From an uncultured Gemmatimonadaceae bacterium (GTDB lineage: Bacteria; Gemmatimonadota; Gemmatimonadetes; Gemmatimonadales; Gemmatimonadaceae): a stretch of 64,000 bases of DNA. Position 1 is the stretch's first letter. The number at the start of each line of letters is the position of its first letter. The translations under genes and the position numbers were made by a program. Shown here one piece after another: positions 59,905-64,000 of the stretch. The notes under the pieces are model-generated. The model was not told the DNA's origin. It saw only the letters and a program-made list of their open reading frames with translations, and made no database searches. Location: positions 1,376,001 through 1,440,000 of the forward strand of contig CAVUDW010000002.1 in the NCBI GenBank assembly GCA_963740355.1. The letters are read 5' to 3'.

Positions 59905-61024
59905 TCACCCCGCCATCACTACCGGCAACGCCATCCGCCGCCGCCCATCTCGAGTCCCGGCCTCGATGAACCCCCCACCCAACACCCGGTCCCCATCATA
60001 CAGCACCATCGACTGCCCTGGACTGATGGCACTAGAGCGCCTCCTCCAACGCCAACTCCATCTCATCCCCATCCAAACGGACGATCTCGGCAGCAACAGG
60101 CACCGCCCGATGCCGATGCTGTACCGACACCCGATCCCCAACCGTGAGGGGCGCCGGCGACATCCACCGCACCCCCCGCGCAATCAACCCGCGCCCCAGC
60201 AACGACTCCCGCGGCCCCAGCACCACGGCGCGCGTTTCGGGCTGAATGGCCACCACGAACATCGGCTCCGCAAACCCACCCGGCACACCCTTCCGCTGCC
60301 CGATCGTAAACCGCGCATACCCATCATGCTCACCAACTGGCACACCGCTCTCGAGCACGAACGGCCCCCGCTGCAACGACGGCGTGTCATCGCCAAGCTC
60401 CCGCCGGATGATCTTCACATGATCACCATCGGGCACGAAGCAGATGTCCTGACTCTCCACCTTCTCCGCAATCACCTCGAGCCCAAGCCGGTGCGCCATC
60501 GCCCGCGTCTCCGCCTTGGTCTGGTGCCCGACAGGCAGCAACAACCGCTGAACGACGGCCCGCTCGACCCCCCACAGGAAGTACGTCTGGTCTTTCCCAT
60601 GATCGAGCCCGCGATACAAATCACCATCGATCGCCCGCGCATAATGCCCAGTCGCGATCCAGTCGCACTCCAACGCCTCGGCCTTGCGCGCCAGGTCGCG
60701 AAACTTCGTAAACGTGTTGCACCGCACACAGGGAATCGGCGTGCGTCCGCGACTGTATTCGTCCACGAAGTCCTGCACGACGTCGCGACCGAACGCACTC
60801 TCGAGATTGAGCACGTAGTGCGGCACCCCAAGCTGCTGGCACACACGACGCGCATCATTCACGCTGTCGAGCGAACAGCAGGGCCGATCAGGCAGGTCTT
60901 CACCGTGACAGAACAGCTTCATGGTGGCGCCGATCACCTCGTAGCCCTGCTCGTGCAACAGCGCGGCGGCGACGGAACTGTCCACGCCACCGCTCATCGC
61001 CACCAACACACGACGCCCTGCCAT
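59905..61024 (-). CDS. mnmA: tRNA-specific 2-thiouridylase, frameshifted near 60034
   Basis: AMSGGVDSS, TPIPCVRCN, ATGHYA, KDQTYFL, TIGQRKG; C-terminal SAISPGQS..LYDGDRVLGGG in another frame. Confidence 0.92.
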
Positions 61025-61028
61025 CTGC

Positions 61029-62192
61029 CTAGACCGCGCCAGCGAGACGACGTGCCTTCTCGACGAGGGAAGGGAAGACCTCGCACACGCGCGCGATGTC
61101 GGCATCGGTGCTCAGCATGCCGACCGACAGACGCACCGCTGCACCAGCCAGCCCACGCGACACGCCCATCGCGCTCAACACATGGCTCGGCGACACACTC
61201 CCACTCTGGCAGGCCGATCCACCGCTGGCAGCAATGCCGGCGAGGTCGAGCGCCATCAACAGGCTTTCGCTGTCGGTCCCTGGCACGCTCACGTTCAGGA
61301 TGTGCGGCGCACGCGTCGCTCCAACACCATGCACCACGGCATCCGGCACACGGGCGAGGATCGCACGCTCCAGCGCATCACGCATCGCGCCCAGTCGCGT
61401 ACACTCGGCTTCCCGCTCCGCGAGCTGGAGTTCGGCCGCCACCGCGAGACCGACGGCGAACGCCACATTCTCGGTGCCGGGGCGGCGTCCGCGATCCTGC
61501 GAGCCACCATGAAACAGCGGCTCGAACGGCGTGCCGCGTCGCAGGAACAACGCGCCAATGCCCTTCGGGGCACCGATCTTGTGCCCGCTCAACGACAGGA
61601 TGTCCACCGGCAGCGTGGTCATGTCGATCGGCAACTTGCCGAACGCCTGCACGGCGTCGGTGTGCATCAATGCACCCACACGACGCGCGTGGGCGCCGAT
61701 CGCGGGAATGTCCTGCACCACGCCGATCTCGTTGTTGATCCACATCACGCTGCACACCGCGACCTGCTCATCGACCAACTCGTCGAGCGCCGCCAGGTCG
61801 ACCACACCATCGCACGTCACTGGGAAGAGGCGCTCCTCACCACCCTCACGCGCGACCTGATGCACGACCTCGAGCACCGCCTTGTGCTCGGTCGGGCTGG
61901 TCACGACCGCGTTGCGGCCCTGCGCCCGACGCATCCGCCAGGTGCCGATGATGGCGAGGTTGTCGCCCTCGGTGCCGCCGGAGGTGAACACGATCTCGTC
62001 CGGCTGCGCCTTGAGACAGGCCGCGATCCGCGACCGCGCCTCGTCCAGCGCCGTGCGCGCGTCCCGACCCCAGCGGTGCACGCTGGACGGGTTGCCGAAC
62101 CGCGCGCCGAAAAAGGGCGTCATGGCTTCCAGCACCTCCGAACGAACGGGGGTGGTGGCGGCGTGGTCGAGGTAGATGGGCGGCGGGGCCAT
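61029..62192 (-). CDS. iscS: cysteine desulfurase
   Basis: YLDHAATTP, GNPSS, FTSGGTE, HTDAVQ, SGHKIG.PKG, SGGSAC. Confidence 0.93.
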   Translation of the reverse strand: MAPPPIYLDHAATTPVRSEVLEAMTPFFGARFGNPSSVHRWGRDARTALDEARSRIAACLKAQPDEIVFTSGGTEGDNLAIIGTWRMRRAQGRNAVVTSPTEHKAVLEVVHQVAREGGEERLFPVTCDGVVDLAALDELVDEQVAVCSVMWINNEIGVVQDIPAIGAHARRVGALMHTDAVQAFGKLPIDMTTLPVDILSLSGHKIGAPKGIGALFLRRGTPFEPLFHGGSQDRGRRPGTENVAFAVGLAVAAELQLAEREAECTRLGAMRDALERAILARVPDAVVHGVGATRAPHILNVSVPGTDSESLLMALDLAGIAASGGSACQSGSVSPSHVLSAMGVSRGLAGAAVRLSVGMLSTDADIARVCEVFPSLVEKARRLAGAV

Positions 62193-62227
62193 AGGCAGGG
62201 AAGATACGAGCTCAGCCCCGATTGTGC

Positions 62228-62869
62228 CTACGGGACAGCCCGCTCCAGGATCGCCCGAACCGGCGCCGCGTCGGCCCCAACCACCAGCACGGGGTAGGCG
62301 GTGAGGATGTATTCGCCGTCCGGCACGTCGCCGAGGTAGAGGTTCTCGAGGACATACGCCCCGCCGCCGAACAGTGCCCGGTGGACGGTCAGGTCGGTGG
62401 CGGTCCGCGGGTCCACACTCGGCGCGTCCACCCCAAAGAGCTTCAGCCCGCCCCTGGTCAGCCAGCTCGCGGCGTCCGCCGTCAGGGACGGCCATTCCGC
62501 CGGAAAGGTCCCCAGCAGCACGGAGCGCCCGGTCCGCAGCAGCAAGCGGGTCGGAAGGCGCATGCCCTCCAGCGCCGCGATGAGCCACTCGGTGGTGATC
62601 GAGCCGCCCACGTTCGCATCACGGGCATCGAGCACCGTCACGGGCCCGTGGAAGGCTGCCAGCGGCAACGATTCGCTGGCCGCGCCGTGCTGGGTCACGT
62701 GCAGCGGTGCATCGGCATGCGTCCCGACATGCCAGCTGGTTGTCACCCGCCCGACGTTCACGCTCGCTCCCGCCGACATCTCCCACGCCCACCCGCAGGA
62801 ATACGGCGTATCGCCCGGCCACGCCGGTGTCGCCTGGCCATACGCGACACTGATGTCGTAGCGAGTCAT
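62228..62869 (-). CDS. kynB: cyclase family / kynurenine formamidase
   Basis: WPGD, HVGTHADAPLH, GVDAPSVD, LENL, APVRA. Confidence 0.82.
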   Translation of the reverse strand: MTRYDISVAYGQATPAWPGDTPYSCGWAWEMSAGASVNVGRVTTSWHVGTHADAPLHVTQHGAASESLPLAAFHGPVTVLDARDANVGGSITTEWLIAALEGMRLPTRLLLRTGRSVLLGTFPAEWPSLTADAASWLTRGGLKLFGVDAPSVDPRTATDLTVHRALFGGGAYVLENLYLGDVPDGEYILTAYPVLVVGADAAPVRAILERAVP

Positions 62870-62878
62870 GGCGCGTGC

Positions 62879-63601
62879 CTAGAAGGTCGAGACGTCGAGC
62901 GCGGCGATGTCCGACACACGCACCGTCTCGGTGGTGTGAAACGGCTCGCCGTAGCGAGCCCGAATCATCGTGCCGTAGTGCGCCGCCTGATGCCGAATCA
63001 CGTCCGGCAACGGCTCACCATTCGGATAGACCTCGCCAGCCTGCGTCAGCCCGTCGAACTGGGAGTGATAGCAGCGGATAGCGGCCAGCTTCTGCTCGAA
63101 GACATCGCTGATGTCGACGATGAACGAGGGCGTGATCGGATCTTCGCGGAACGACATGCAGTGCACGACCTTCCGCGGCCGAAAGGCTGGCATGTCGGGC
63201 ACCAGTTTCTTCAGTCCCGCAAGAAAGCAGGCATCTCGCACCAGCTGGGCGGCCGCGATGTGATCGGGATGCCGGCCCTGTCGTGCGTGTGTGATCACGA
63301 TCGTCGGTCGATGCTTGCGGATCGCGCGGATCACTGCTTCGCGCGTCTCTGGTGTGTTCACGAGATGCGCGTCCGGGAGGTGCAGATTCTCGCGCACCGA
63401 GACGCCGAGAATGCGCGCCGCCGCCTGCGCCTCTTCCGCACGCAGTTCTGCCGTGCCTCGGCTGCCGGTCTCGCCTGCGGTGAGATCCACGATGCCGGTG
63501 CGTCGGCCAAGCGCAGCACTCGCGAGCATGGTACCGCCGCAAGCGAGTTCAACATCGTCCGGATGCGCCATGATGGCGAGGACGTCGAGAGGTGCCTTCA
63601 T
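62879..63601 (-). CDS. bshB1: bacillithiol biosynthesis deacetylase BshB1 (PIG-L family)
   Basis: AHPDDVELACGG, DLTAGETGSRGT..R..EA, RHPDH, YHSQF. Confidence 0.85.
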   Translation of the reverse strand: MKAPLDVLAIMAHPDDVELACGGTMLASAALGRRTGIVDLTAGETGSRGTAELRAEEAQAAARILGVSVRENLHLPDAHLVNTPETREAVIRAIRKHRPTIVITHARQGRHPDHIAAAQLVRDACFLAGLKKLVPDMPAFRPRKVVHCMSFREDPITPSFIVDISDVFEQKLAAIRCYHSQFDGLTQAGEVYPNGEPLPDVIRHQAAHYGTMIRARYGEPFHTTETVRVSDIAALDVSTF

Positions 63602-63654
63602 CTCGAAAAGCTAACCTGCGGCGCGCGACGACACCGAGCGTCGCCGTCAGCGTG

Positions 63655-64000
63655 TCAGGCCACTGCGACTGGCGTCGGCTGAATCGCGCCTCGCCCGGCA
63701 TTCACGATCGACTCGGCCTGCGCCATCACTAGCGCCCGCGACGCGATCCGCTCGCCGGCTGCGACGCAGTCGCCGACACTCACCCCGCGGCGGAACTGCC
63801 CGTCGACCAGCAGCCCGGGCACCAACGACTCGATCTCGTCGGCCGCAGCACCATGCGCGCCATGCCCGACGTTGTACTGCGGAATGGCCTGCGGCCACGA
63901 CGTCAGGTGCACGAACTTCGGCACTCCGGTGACGCCGAGGATTTCGGCCAGCTCTGGCTCGACGATCTCGACCAGTTCCGCCGCTGACGCGGTTCCGAGC
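63655..64000 (-). CDS. hemG: protoporphyrinogen oxidase, 3' part
   Basis: WPQAIPQYNVGH, GVSVGDCV; runs off the right edge. Confidence 0.8.
   Translation of the reverse strand, partial: LGTASAAELVEIVEPELAEILGVTGVPKFVHLTSWPQAIPQYNVGHGAHGAAADEIESLVPGLLVDGQFRRGVSVGDCVAAGERIASRALVMAQAESIVNAGRGAIQPTPVAVA

Overview
64 kb of a high-GC bacterial chromosome; gene content and style suggest Gemmatimonadota (inference). Most of it is housekeeping: tal/pyk/pgi/fba, ffs-dnaX-ybaB-recR-mglBA-pgsA-cinA, grpE-dnaJ, a sigma54/IHF-type type IV pilin locus, and hemG-bshB1-kynB-iscS-mnmA. The notable accessory part is a visibly lower-GC block at about 53.4-59.6 kb of co-oriented candidate anti-phage genes (TIR, an unknown TM protein, an Abi_C protein, DUF262 + HEPN). 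These are separated by degenerate attC-like hairpins, suggesting an integrase-less (CALIN-like) defence cassette array, interrupted by a decayed IS110 and two IS481 end fragments. Related attC-like half-sites at about 43.2-44.2 kb point to a second decayed array. Also seen: a REP/BIME-like repeat cluster with IHF-like dyads (37.07-37.54 kb), a 520-bp duplication of a TauE gene 3' half, an orphan copy of the pilin leader, and a 1-nt frameshift in mnmA. All assignments come from motif recognition by eye; no searches were run.
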